A stretch of 64,000 bases of DNA from positions 66,169 to 130,168 of the forward strand of contig JBHLNS010000005.1 of NCBI GenBank assembly GCA_048941285.1, in the 5' to 3' direction. Positions within the stretch are counted from its first letter, which is position 1; every line of letters begins with the position of its first letter. Of the stretch, positions 28,215 to 37,264 are shown piece after piece. The position numbers and the translations under genes were made by a program. Origin of the DNA: Promethearchaeota archaeon (GTDB taxonomy: Archaea; Asgardarchaeota; Lokiarchaeia; Sigyniarchaeales; SOKP01). The notes beneath the pieces are model-generated. The model made no database searches. It worked only from the letters and a program-made list of their open reading frames with translations, and was not told where the DNA came from.

Positions 28215-30014
28215 TTATCCATAAATCCATTTTACTATATCTTGATTTTGTAAATTATATTTATTAGCTGAAACACCGGGAAATTTTGCGTTGATTGAAT
28301 AACGCCAATTTCCTACTATATTATCAACAGATTCTACTAGGACTCCCATATCTCCATAATCAGTATATTCTATATTACACCACCTTTGTAAAGCATCAAA
28401 AGCAGTAGTATTATAGTTGCTCAATTCAAAGTTTTCCCACGTTCTTATTGTACCATTTCCATAGTCAACAATTAATGAAATATCTTGAACATTTCTCAAA
28501 GGATCATTTATTTCTCCTATTTCAATACTAAATGTAAAGACCAATAATGAAGTAAAGCTAGCACCTGCCAATATTGCGATCAAGGCAAATTTATTAAATT
28601 TCTTGAATTTTGTATTTACCCTTGAAATAATTATTGATGTTGCCATTAAGATCATGCTAATTGAAGAGATAATTATGTAGGGAATAGCCTTTAACAGGAG
28701 ATTATTTGGAGCTCCATTATTTTCTCCTTCAGACTCCCAAGGTGTATAATCACCAATAGCCATCTCTATTAGATAGCTCCCCACAAATGTTTCTACCCAG
28801 AGTAAAATTCCTGTTCTTTTTTCATAAATAATATAAGTACCTTGACCTCCTCCATTTTGATCAAATGTAATTTTAATAGTTAATTCTGTTTCTTCAACTG
28901 TAACTAATCCATTAACGAATCCTGATGCTTCTTCTAAGGCTAATTTCTTTACTCGAGTCAAGTTATTAATGATATGAAGGAGAAAACCTGGTTGAAAATT
29001 GTTATAACCAAGAGTAAGAGCCCAACTTAACTCACTATTTGATCTATTGCTAAGTGTAAAATTTGTTAATAAGATACTGGAAATGTTTTCAACTATTTCA
29101 ATATCAAACCATGGAATGGGATCATCAATAATATTACCCCAATCGTTCGGATCTTTGTTGTAATAACCTGTAAATTTCACAATTATTTGTCCTCCGGAAT
29201 TAGTTTTCCAATCACCTTCATATGAATTTCCTGGCCATTGTGTAAAATTATACCATCCAACTGCTCCACCAAAATTATCTACATTATAAATGAAGCTTGA
29301 CGTATAATCACTGGTAAAGTTTAAGGATTGAATTTCAAGTAAGTATCCAAAAATACTCGTTTTTGCCCAGACTAACAGCCCAGAGCTTTTATCATATATT
29401 AAATCAGTCTGTTGACCATCACCTATTTGGCTAAAACCAATATATAGGAAATTGTAAGTTTCTTCTATTTCAATTTCACCAACAATATCATATAATCCCC
29501 CTGGATCGGCTTGCTGTGTTGCCAATTCTTTAATTTGTGTGAGGTTCTCATTTGGGATTAAAAAACCCGATTGAAAACTATTAAAACCAAGAGTTAATGC
29601 GCGTGCGACTTCACTATTGGATCTATTATTTAAAGTGAAGTTTAAATTAAGAATGCCTAGGTTGTTTTCTAATATACAAATATCGTACCAAGGGATAGGA
29701 TCTTCAAACACACTCCCCCAGTCATTTAAATCCTTTTCATAAAATCCAGTTAGATTAATCCGTATTTGACCATCAATATTAGACTTCCAGTTTCCTTCAT
29801 AGGAATTACTAGGCCAGGGGGTGAAGTTGTACCACCCCACTGAATCTCCGAATTGTGATACTTTATATACGTATGTACGATTAAAATCAAGATTTTGATT
29901 GTATGATTCTACGATAATATCATCAGCTTTAACAATTGGGACGGACGCTGAAAAGATTAATTGAATCAAAACTAATGTGGCAATTAAACATATAATTTTT
30001 CTTAAATTCTTCAT
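28215..30014 (-). CDS. Secreted membrane-anchored protein with two ~190-aa tandem repeats, two TM helices and a C-terminal DUF4430/transcobalamin-like domain
   Basis: Signal peptide; duplicated GWYNFT.WP.NSYEG.WK...DPIPW; C-terminal TAFDAL...GVLVESV...WRYSIN...SANKY. Confidence 0.7.
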   Translation of the reverse strand: MKNLRKIICLIATLVLIQLIFSASVPIVKADDIIVESYNQNLDFNRTYVYKVSQFGDSVGWYNFTPWPSNSYEGNWKSNIDGQIRINLTGFYEKDLNDWGSVFEDPIPWYDICILENNLGILNLNFTLNNRSNSEVARALTLGFNSFQSGFLIPNENLTQIKELATQQADPGGLYDIVGEIEIEETYNFLYIGFSQIGDGQQTDLIYDKSSGLLVWAKTSIFGYLLEIQSLNFTSDYTSSFIYNVDNFGGAVGWYNFTQWPGNSYEGDWKTNSGGQIIVKFTGYYNKDPNDWGNIIDDPIPWFDIEIVENISSILLTNFTLSNRSNSELSWALTLGYNNFQPGFLLHIINNLTRVKKLALEEASGFVNGLVTVEETELTIKITFDQNGGGQGTYIIYEKRTGILLWVETFVGSYLIEMAIGDYTPWESEGENNGAPNNLLLKAIPYIIISSISMILMATSIIISRVNTKFKKFNKFALIAILAGASFTSLLVFTFSIEIGEINDPLRNVQDISLIVDYGNGTIRTWENFELSNYNTTAFDALQRWCNIEYTDYGDMGVLVESVDNIVGNWRYSINAKFPGVSANKYNLQNQDIVKWIYG

Positions 30015-30060
30015 AGTTTTAGAGTCATTTAGAGTATTATTTTTAATATTAAAGTTGTGT

Positions 30061-30077
30061 TAGGATAAATTACCTTA
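30061..30077. promoter_or_regulatory. Palindromic operator copy (TAGG-N9-CCTA type)
   Basis: TAGGATAAATTACCTTA, upstream of the DUF4430 gene. Confidence 0.55.
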
Positions 30078-30121
30078 TTATCCTAGATATAGATTTGTGA
30101 AGGAAACACATTATTTAAAGA

Positions 30122-30138
30122 TATGGTAAATTATCCTA
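30122..30138. promoter_or_regulatory. Palindromic operator copy (TAGG-N9-CCTA type)
   Basis: TATGGTAAATTATCCTA. Confidence 0.5.
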
Positions 30139-30267
30139 TGGAGTTCCAACCTTCTACTTATAAAAAAATGAGTCTAGGAGTGATGAGAATCTTCATGAGT
30201 TAAAATTAGAAATGAGTGATAAATCGACCCAATAATAAAAAATAAGAAAATGAAAAATATGAAATTA

Positions 30268-30729
30268 TTATTGTATGGTATTTTTAACTTTTTGTTTTAA
30301 CCCTTGTAAAGCTTTAGACCAAGCGTTTTCAAAATAGCTACGTGCTTCTTGCCAATCATCATTATTTCTCCAACCTGTATGGAATAAATGTATTATAGTT
30401 TTTGTTAGATCATTATTTTTTCTAGAAAAAAATACAATTATGTGAGTAAGAGGATCAGCTGTATTCATAAAGTGTTGAAATTCAACTGGACCTTTCCAGT
30501 CAAATGAAATAAATCTATTTCTCTCAATTCCAGTAATTTTGCACCCAATTGTGCTGTTTATTTGTTTATTCTCTGGATCCCAAAAAAGTTCAAATTTACC
30601 TCCAAGTTTAGGATCCACATTAGCTTCTTCAGTTAACCATTTTTCTAATGAAGTGTTAACCGTAAACATTTTATAGGCGATGTCAACACCACATTCTAAT
30701 TCTTCTTTAATTAAAATTATGTTTTCCAT
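30268..30729 (-). CDS. SRPBCC/AHSA1 domain protein
   Basis: DPKLGGKFEL.W, ISFDWKG, LFHTGW, W...L..L. Confidence 0.85.
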   Translation of the reverse strand: MENIILIKEELECGVDIAYKMFTVNTSLEKWLTEEANVDPKLGGKFELFWDPENKQINSTIGCKITGIERNRFISFDWKGPVEFQHFMNTADPLTHIIVFFSRKNNDLTKTIIHLFHTGWRNNDDWQEARSYFENAWSKALQGLKQKVKNTIQ

Positions 30730-30761
30730 TTTAAATTACCGGTTAAGCAATTATTTGATTC

Positions 30762-30778
30762 TATAACATTATGTTATA
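30762..30778. promoter_or_regulatory. Perfect palindrome between the divergent SRPBCC and HxlR genes
   Basis: TATAACAT-T-ATGTTATA. Confidence 0.45.
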
Positions 30779-30841
30779 AAGTATTAAAAAGTAACAAATA
30801 TTTATAATATTTAAACTAAATAGTAACCAATTTGTAATATT

Positions 30842-31249
30842 GTGAGGAAATTGGAAGTCTGGGAAGATCTGAGTAATATGAAAAGTTGCCCGATTGAAAT
30901 AGCACTAAATTATTTAGGCAAGAAATGGACGATGCAAATAATAAGAGATTTTTTTAAAGGGAAAAAAAGGTTTTCAGAATTTTTAAAATCAAATCCTCAA
31001 ATTAGTACTAAGATGTTATCACTACGTTTAAAAGAATTACTTGAATCAGATCTGATTGAAAAGAAGGTAATTTCAACTACACCTGTGAGAGTTGAGTATT
31101 GCTTAACTACGAAAGGAAGAGCTCTTAATAAAGTTCTCTTCCAATTAGCTGAATTTTCTCTTAGAAATTACCCAAATGAGGTTTACTTTAACAAACCTAA
31201 ATCATTAAACTCAGATATCTCAAATCTAAAAGATTTCTTTTCAATTTAA
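30842..31249 (+). CDS. HxlR-family winged-helix regulator
   Basis: CPIEIAL..LGKKW, RFSEF, LSLRLKEL, VEYCLT.KG. Confidence 0.9.
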   Translation: MRKLEVWEDLSNMKSCPIEIALNYLGKKWTMQIIRDFFKGKKRFSEFLKSNPQISTKMLSLRLKELLESDLIEKKVISTTPVRVEYCLTTKGRALNKVLFQLAEFSLRNYPNEVYFNKPKSLNSDISNLKDFFSI

Positions 31250-31269
31250 TATTTTGGACAAATTTGTCA

Positions 31270-31286
31270 TAGGATAAGTTATCCTA
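31270..31286. promoter_or_regulatory. Perfect palindromic operator upstream of the ECF S component
   Basis: TAGGATAA-G-TTATCCTA. Confidence 0.65.
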
Positions 31287-31351
31287 CATATTTTTATATC
31301 CCCTATCATTTATAATCATAATTAGTATTCAAATATTTTAAATGAAGAATA

Positions 31352-31999
31352 TTGGAGTTAGAATCTGAGATAAAAAAAGCTAGTGAAACAGTTGAAATAA
31401 TAAAGACTGAACAAGAGAAGGTGAATCATTCAATATGGTTGGAAAGAAGTTCTTTTCGAATTGTTCTAATTAGTATTTTCACGGCATTAGCCATAAATTT
31501 GGGTTATTTATTAATACACTTTACTAATATAGAGTTATTTACTCTCACGATTTTCTTATCGGGTTTTACATTAGGTAAAAGAGATGGGATGATAGTAGGA
31601 TTTCTAAGTTCATTAATATTTTGTTTTTTCAACCCATATGGCGCTTACTTACCTTTATTAGCATTTCAATTAATACATTATACATTAACAGGATTATTAG
31701 GAGCACTTACTAAGCAACTTTTAAGAGATCGAAAGGTGATAAGAGATAAAAAGGAATTCTATACAGTTTCAATGATGATCCTTTTCGGTGCTCTGGGTGC
31801 TATCATAACTATTAACTTTCAAGTTTTTGCATCTTTAGTGGATGTTCTAATTAAATATGGGACAATTGAAGCATTTGTACCTTATTTTTTTAATCCTTCT
31901 GCATTCCCATTTACAATAATCCATATTATAGGTAACACACTTGGATTTATATTTATATTACCTGGTTTAATACAGCTAATAAATAAATTGCTTGATTAG
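31352..31999 (+). CDS. ECF transporter S component (possibly cobalamin-specific)
   Basis: NIELFT, FNPYG, HIIGN; multi-TM. Confidence 0.75.
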   Translation: MELESEIKKASETVEIIKTEQEKVNHSIWLERSSFRIVLISIFTALAINLGYLLIHFTNIELFTLTIFLSGFTLGKRDGMIVGFLSSLIFCFFNPYGAYLPLLAFQLIHYTLTGLLGALTKQLLRDRKVIRDKKEFYTVSMMILFGALGAIITINFQVFASLVDVLIKYGTIEAFVPYFFNPSAFPFTIIHIIGNTLGFIFILPGLIQLINKLLD

Positions 32000-32014
32000 G
32001 AGCAGCTTTAAGTA

Positions 32015-32158
32015 TTAAAAAATAGATAGAAATGCTAATGTAGAAGGGACCATCAATACAATAATCAAAATAATACTAATTATTAAACAAACATTTTTCT
32101 TTTTTCTCTGAGTATCAGAGTCTTCATTATCATTGTCATCGATATTTACTCCTTCCAT
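32015..32158 (-). CDS. Small tail-anchored membrane protein (47 aa)
   Basis: AAGGAG SD; MEGVNIDDNDNEDSDTQRKKKNVCLIISIILIIVLMVPSTLAFLSIF. Confidence 0.6.
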   Translation of the reverse strand: MEGVNIDDNDNEDSDTQRKKKNVCLIISIILIIVLMVPSTLAFLSIF

Positions 32159-32219
32159 TTTATATTCTCCTTAGGAGTAACTAAAAAATTTGAAGAAAGA
32201 ATAAGAAAAAATTTTATGT

Positions 32220-32702
32220 TTATTCTACTTGTGTTAATAAAGTTATTTTACCACCAGCAGCTTGAACTTTTTCAATCGCTTTTTTAGAAGCTTTATTCAC
32301 AGATATATTGATGACTTTATTTATTTCTCCTCGTCCAAGTACTTTTTGAATGTTTATTTCATTCAGATTAATACTGTAGGAGTTTCCAGATTTATTAGCT
32401 TTTTTTTCCAATACTAAATTATCAATTTTGTTATCTAACTCTTTAATATTAATTGTATTAATCTTATAGATTCTGGTAATATCTTGAGGTCTCTTAAAAC
32501 CTTTCTTCCCTAAATCCCAATCTGGATCTGGAAATCCGAGTTCTTTCTGTTTTAAGTAGTAACTCTTTTTACTTTTTTTCCATTGAGTAGTTTTTCCCCT
32601 ACCAGCTCTTTGTCCCGTTTTTCTGTGCTGACCTACTCTCCCATACCCATGTGTACGTCTACCTCTCATTTTTCGGACTTTTTTAGGAAATTTTCTGGTA
32701 AT
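32220..32702 (-). CDS. rpl15: 50S ribosomal protein uL15 (probable ATT start)
   Basis: RGRRTHGYGRVGQHR, KVLGRG, AAGG; the annotated GTG lies inside the SD AGGTGA. Confidence 0.92.
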   Translation of the reverse strand: MTRKFPKKVRKMRGRRTHGYGRVGQHRKTGQRAGRGKTTQWKKSKKSYYLKQKELGFPDPDWDLGKKGFKRPQDITRIYKINTINIKELDNKIDNLVLEKKANKSGNSYSINLNEINIQKVLGRGEINKVINISVNKASKKAIEKVQAAGGKITLLTQVE

Positions 32703-32718
32703 ATTAATCACCTTATAA

Positions 32719-33243
32719 TTATAACATTTTATGAATTAATTCATTAATGTAAATACCAACATTACCTAATGACCCCCCTTCATTGTAATGTTTCTTTATT
32801 GTCCCTCGGTGTCCTTTTCTAGGAGGATGCAATCGGAAAACTGGTTTAATCTTAAGAATATCTTTTTCTCGATATTGGATTTCTCCATTCAATAAAGCTT
32901 TTGCTAATTCTCTAAAATTTTTATATTTAGTGAGATTTTTAATATATTCCTCAGTTAAAGTATGATTACCTTCTATTTTTCCTCTTACTCTTAGTAATCT
33001 AATCAATGTCTTTTCATCGATTTCTCCATATGAAATATAATCTTTACATTTTAAAAGCATGCCTTCAAATGATGGGGTCCCCCAAATAAGTACACCATGA
33101 TTTAATTTATGCATTCTCAGCATTTTTAATGTATCTGACACCTTACTCCTCATCCCTGGAGCCCCTCGGATACGCACTGCAAAATATAATTTCGAAGTTG
33201 AATCCGCTTTATTTATTCTTGGATTTTTTTTTGCCATAGCCAT
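32719..33243 (-). CDS. rpl30: 50S ribosomal protein uL30
   Basis: AVRIRG, YISYGE, KPVFRLHPPRKG. Confidence 0.95.
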   Translation of the reverse strand: MAMAKKNPRINKADSTSKLYFAVRIRGAPGMRSKVSDTLKMLRMHKLNHGVLIWGTPSFEGMLLKCKDYISYGEIDEKTLIRLLRVRGKIEGNHTLTEEYIKNLTKYKNFRELAKALLNGEIQYREKDILKIKPVFRLHPPRKGHRGTIKKHYNEGGSLGNVGIYINELIHKML

Positions 33244-33260
33244 ATATACACCACTTTTCT

Positions 33261-33875
33261 TTATAAATTAAAGTTATATTTATGTGCATTTTTTAGAGCA
33301 TCAAATGTAGCTTTCACTAAATTTTCGCTTGTTCTTGTATCACCAAATGTTTTACTCCAAATATCTTCAATTCCGCATAATTTTAATACTTGTTTTACTT
33401 TATCTGCGGATGCCAATCCTACCCCTGCTGGAGCAGGAATTAATCGAATCTTCACTGAACCACATTTTCCTTCTACTTTGAATGGAATACTATGTGTCCC
33501 TCCACATCCACATTCTCCACTTCCACAACCTCTCATAATAGGAACTACAGATAATTTTGCTTTGTCAATTGCCTTTCTAATAGCTGGCCCAACTTCCTTA
33601 CTTTTTGAGGCCCCAACACCTAAAAATCCGTCTGCTCCTACAATTACAACTGCTTTAAATCGACTTCTTTGACCACTAGCGGTCATTTTTTGAACCATTT
33701 TAATAGTGATTACATCTTCACGTAATTGTGGTAATAGAATATCTATTATCTCTTTTTCCTTAACCACAAGATTATTTTGAAAGATTTTATCAAGAGTGAT
33801 AAGTCCTTGTTTTACAAGTTCACCCAATTTGGTTTTGGGAAACCATTCTTCTTCAATGCTCCTTAATCGACTCAT
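33261..33875 (-). CDS. rps5: 30S ribosomal protein uS5
   Basis: WFPKTKLG, GCGSGECGCG, PAPAGVGL. Confidence 0.96.
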   Translation of the reverse strand: MSRLRSIEEEWFPKTKLGELVKQGLITLDKIFQNNLVVKEKEIIDILLPQLREDVITIKMVQKMTASGQRSRFKAVVIVGADGFLGVGASKSKEVGPAIRKAIDKAKLSVVPIMRGCGSGECGCGGTHSIPFKVEGKCGSVKIRLIPAPAGVGLASADKVKQVLKLCGIEDIWSKTFGDTRTSENLVKATFDALKNAHKYNFNL

Positions 33876-33889
33876 TCTTTTACACTTTT

Positions 33890-34483
33890 TTAAGATTTGT
33901 TTTCAATTAATTTTAATGAATTGGAAAATATTTGGCCAATTTTCAGGGGATTAACCTTTTTCTTATTTAAATAGCCAGAGAATATCTGATCATACTTTTC
34001 TGGCTCATTTGATTTTAAAATTTTTGCGTAATCTTCAATATGTATACCTTTAATTCTATCTTCTAATTCTTCTGGAAAAAATTCTTCCCGGTAAGGAATT
34101 TTTATTCCTGAATCTATTACACCTTTACATGCTGCTAGTACTCGATTTCTATGGTAGAAAATTCCTAAATCAAAAATTGCTTCTTGAATATTTTTTGTTT
34201 TTGCTCTTCTTCCAGCTAAATAACCTGTTAAGTACGCTGCTGGGATATTTCCTGTATTTGCATTCCAGTTGTACTTTAAAGGTAATTCCTTGGAAAACGC
34301 AGATACTAAAATTTTATCTCCTCCTAATTTTGATTGAATTATTTGAACTCTCATATGATTATTTGTTGCTCGAATCGTAACTCTCAATTTTCTAGATTTA
34401 AGTAATTTTAGCCTTTTATGATAATCTGTTTTACCTTCATCGCGGCGTCTTAATGCCTTTTTATACTTTGGACCTCTTGCCAT
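33890..34483 (-). CDS. rpl18: 50S ribosomal protein uL18
   Basis: RRRDEGKTDY, NIPAAYLTG. Confidence 0.96.
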   Translation of the reverse strand: MARGPKYKKALRRRDEGKTDYHKRLKLLKSRKLRVTIRATNNHMRVQIIQSKLGGDKILVSAFSKELPLKYNWNANTGNIPAAYLTGYLAGRRAKTKNIQEAIFDLGIFYHRNRVLAACKGVIDSGIKIPYREEFFPEELEDRIKGIHIEDYAKILKSNEPEKYDQIFSGYLNKKKVNPLKIGQIFSNSLKLIENKS

Positions 34484-34485
34484 TC

Positions 34486-34947
34486 TTATCTACCTCTTCC
34501 CCGTCTTATTAATTCTTTCTCTTTAATATATCTATTCAATTGCGCTACACTGGTGAACATTCCACCTTTAGCATTCTTATATAGTTTGCGATAATTAGCA
34601 GGAGTAATTAGTTTTCTATCTCTAAGTTTTTTCAACTCTCTTCGAATGGGGCGTATACGTCTAATCCATGTTCTTTTCTTAGGCGTTCTTGCATATTTTG
34701 TCCCCTTTCTTTTACCTAATCCTCTCGCTCTTCCTCTCTTCTTTCTTTCATGTCTAAGATTTTTTCTGTATTTAGAGATACCTTGTTTGTACTTTTTCTG
34801 AATTGCTCCTTGCTTTATTAAATTACGAACATCCTCACGGGTGATAGCTAACGAGATATCTTCAATTAGATATGGATCAAAATAAACTCGATTCTCACCA
34901 CATTTGAGAATATCAGCAGCCATCCTTTTTTGTGGTTTTAAATTCAT
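34486..34947 (-). CDS. rpl19e: 50S ribosomal protein eL19
   Basis: QKRMAADILKCG, AITREDVR, AKGG.F. Confidence 0.96.
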   Translation of the reverse strand: MNLKPQKRMAADILKCGENRVYFDPYLIEDISLAITREDVRNLIKQGAIQKKYKQGISKYRKNLRHERKKRGRARGLGKRKGTKYARTPKKRTWIRRIRPIRRELKKLRDRKLITPANYRKLYKNAKGGMFTSVAQLNRYIKEKELIRRGRGR

Positions 34948-34948
34948 A

Positions 34949-35440
34949 TCATTCTCCCTCTAAGGCATCCTCTAATTCATCAATATCTAAAAATTCTTCA
35001 TCTTCTATATCTGCCAACGAAGATTCCGCTATTGCTTCTAACCTTTCAAGCTCTTTTTGTGAAATTCCAAGGTTTAATATTTTAAAACCTCTTTTTTGAC
35101 AATAATCAATAAGAGCAACACGTTTTTTAGACCCTAGCTTGCTAGAAATTTTGATTGCTTGACGGTTTTTATTTATATTCTTTAAATCTTGAATTGTAGT
35201 TACACGAACTTCTTCATAACCAGAAGGGTGTAAACCCCGTACTTTTTTTGGATTTCTATATCCTACAGTGGGAGATTTAACACCTGATTTCTTCTTTTTC
35301 CTAGTCTGGGAATCAATACCTCTAGCTTTTCTCCATGAATCTGAAACTCTTTTATACCTCCAAGATTCAACCCTTCTAAATGAAGGTCTTTTTTTATTTA
35401 TCTTATTTCGAAGTTCTATCAATCTTTTATCTTGTTTCAT
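34949..35440 (-). CDS. rpl32e: 50S ribosomal protein eL32 with acidic C-terminal extension
   Basis: SWRKARGID, RGLHPSG. Confidence 0.95.
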   Translation of the reverse strand: MKQDKRLIELRNKINKKRPSFRRVESWRYKRVSDSWRKARGIDSQTRKKKKSGVKSPTVGYRNPKKVRGLHPSGYEEVRVTTIQDLKNINKNRQAIKISSKLGSKKRVALIDYCQKRGFKILNLGISQKELERLEAIAESSLADIEDEEFLDIDELEDALEGE

Positions 35441-35455
35441 AGTAATAACCTCAAT

Positions 35456-36034
35456 CTAGTGTATTTCCCAGATTACTTCCTCTCCCAGCATTTTCTTATA
35501 TAAATAAACTCCATCTTGAAAAACACGTGGGTCCTTTTTTCTAATACGGCAAGCTCTTTTAACATTTGCAGCAGCTTGCCCCAATAATTCTCTATCCGGC
35601 CCGATAAAATACACGTCTTCTCCTTTTACTTCAACTTCTACACTTTCTGGATAACTTGCCTTTCTTGGAGCTCTTTCACCTAAGAAGTTAATTATATGAA
35701 TCTCCCTTTTATCTGTTTTCACTTCACAATTACAAGGGAAATGTGAATAACAAATTTTTGATACATATTTATAATTAGTTTGAACACCAACGATTAGATT
35801 ATTAACAATACTAACGACAGTTTTAATTAAAGCGACAGTTCCACTTTTTGGAAAGTTAGTTGTAAAAATTATTTTATTCCCTTCGATGGAGACTTTAATA
35901 CCTCTTACGTGCGAAAAGTCTTTCATGATATCTCCATTGGGCCCTTTTACTCGGATATGATGCCCTCCTTCAAGAGAAACTTTTACTCCCTTAGGAATTT
36001 CCAATTCTTCTTTGAAAAATGCTATTTTAACCAT
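35456..36034 (-). CDS. rpl6: 50S ribosomal protein uL6
   Basis: YSHFP, NFLGE, KDPRVFQDG. Confidence 0.96.
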   Translation of the reverse strand: MVKIAFFKEELEIPKGVKVSLEGGHHIRVKGPNGDIMKDFSHVRGIKVSIEGNKIIFTTNFPKSGTVALIKTVVSIVNNLIVGVQTNYKYVSKICYSHFPCNCEVKTDKREIHIINFLGERAPRKASYPESVEVEVKGEDVYFIGPDRELLGQAAANVKRACRIRKKDPRVFQDGVYLYKKMLGEEVIWEIH

Positions 36035-36056
36035 TTGATATTCACTTCATACAAAA

Positions 36057-36443
36057 TCAATAGATATAACATAATGTGTGACCACCTATATTCTTTTCTT
36101 CTGCCTCACTCATAGTCATAATTCCTTGATTTGTGGTCAATATTATTAATCCTAATCCAGGTGCCGGTAGTAATTTTCTTTCCAATAACTCAAATTGAGA
36201 AATTTTATAATTTAACCTTATCAATCCCGCACACTCATTAATTTTACCTAAAAGGGCAATTTTGAATTTTCCCTGTCGTCCATCATCATACCTTTCGAAT
36301 TCTCCAATATAGGCATGTCTCTGAAATATTCGAAATATTTGCTGTAAAACTTTAGACGCTGGGCTAATAACCACTTCTTTTTTACGTGCTTTTTCAGCGT
36401 TTTTAAGAGCACAGCATGCATCTGCTATCGTATTTGTCATCAA
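36057..36443 (-). CDS. rps8: 30S ribosomal protein uS8
   Basis: YIGEFE..DDGR, LLP...G..ILTT.QG. Confidence 0.95.
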   Translation of the reverse strand: MMTNTIADACCALKNAEKARKKEVVISPASKVLQQIFRIFQRHAYIGEFERYDDGRQGKFKIALLGKINECAGLIRLNYKISQFELLERKLLPAPGLGLIILTTNQGIMTMSEAEEKNIGGHTLCYIY

Positions 36444-36476
36444 TTCTCACTTTTTTTAATATAATTTATATAATAT

Positions 36477-36626
36477 TCATTCAAATCTTTTAAATCCAAT
36501 ATCTTTTCCTATTTCATAGAAGCATCTTCGGCATATATATAGACCATAACGTCTAATTATACCTCTATGAGTATGACAACGTCTACACTCACGAACTCCT
36601 TTCCCATAATGCTTTCCTTGTGGTAT
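36477..36626 (-). CDS. rps14: 30S ribosomal protein uS14, zinc type, ATA start (absent from the ORF track)
   Basis: (M)[16 protein letters not shown]...[15 protein letters not shown]...IGFKRFE; SD AGGTGA; in-frame TGA three codons upstream. Confidence 0.93.
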   Translation of the reverse strand: MPQGKHYGKGVRECRRCHTHRGIIRRYGLYICRRCFYEIGKDIGFKRFE

Positions 36627-36645
36627 TTTATTTCACCTTAATTAA

Positions 36646-37239
36646 TCATATATATTCCAAATCTAACTTTTGTACGATTTCAACACCAAAATTTTGTTTT
36701 AAAAAATATTGGGTCTCCTCTCGGGATACATAATGATGATTTGGTACCTTAGTGCGTGATTTTCTTCTACTCTTAATTCTCATTCCTGGTTTTATTACTC
36801 TACCTGCACAATCTAATCCCCATATTCCAATTCTATTGTCATATTCAATACCGGGAATAGATATATGTTCAGTAATTCCAAAACCAAAATTTCCATAATT
36901 ATCAAAACTTCTATTAAGTATTTTATTATTATTTACAATTAATAATTTTTTAAGCAATTTTTCAGCATTTTGGCCCCTGACAGTTACTTTTGCTCCAATT
37001 GGGCGCCCTTTTCTTAGATTAAACTCTTTTACATTTGTTTTAGAGAGTGTTTTAATTGCCTTTTGATCTGCGATTGTTTCTAAAACAGCTACTGCTTTCT
37101 CTAGCTCCTCACCTCCCGCTCCAACACCAATATTTAAAACTATCTTTTCTAAGTATGGCTTTTTCATAGGATTCTTCCAATTCTCTTCAAAATGCTTAGA
37201 AAGATTCTCTTTTAATTTTATTTTTGTTTTACTTGACAA
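36646..37239 (-). CDS. rpl5: 50S ribosomal protein uL5
   Basis: NPMKKP, NIGVG, IGAKVTVRG, GNFGFGI.EH. Confidence 0.96.
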   Translation of the reverse strand: MSSKTKIKLKENLSKHFEENWKNPMKKPYLEKIVLNIGVGAGGEELEKAVAVLETIADQKAIKTLSKTNVKEFNLRKGRPIGAKVTVRGQNAEKLLKKLLIVNNNKILNRSFDNYGNFGFGITEHISIPGIEYDNRIGIWGLDCAGRVIKPGMRIKSRRKSRTKVPNHHYVSREETQYFLKQNFGVEIVQKLDLEYI

Positions 37240-37264
37240 ATTTTTCTCACTCGTGTTATTCTAA

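Noticed and set aside
30165-30235. GTGATGA box C-like or SECIS-like segment
   Set aside because: No matching CTGA box D or convincing stem, and no upstream UGA-containing gene
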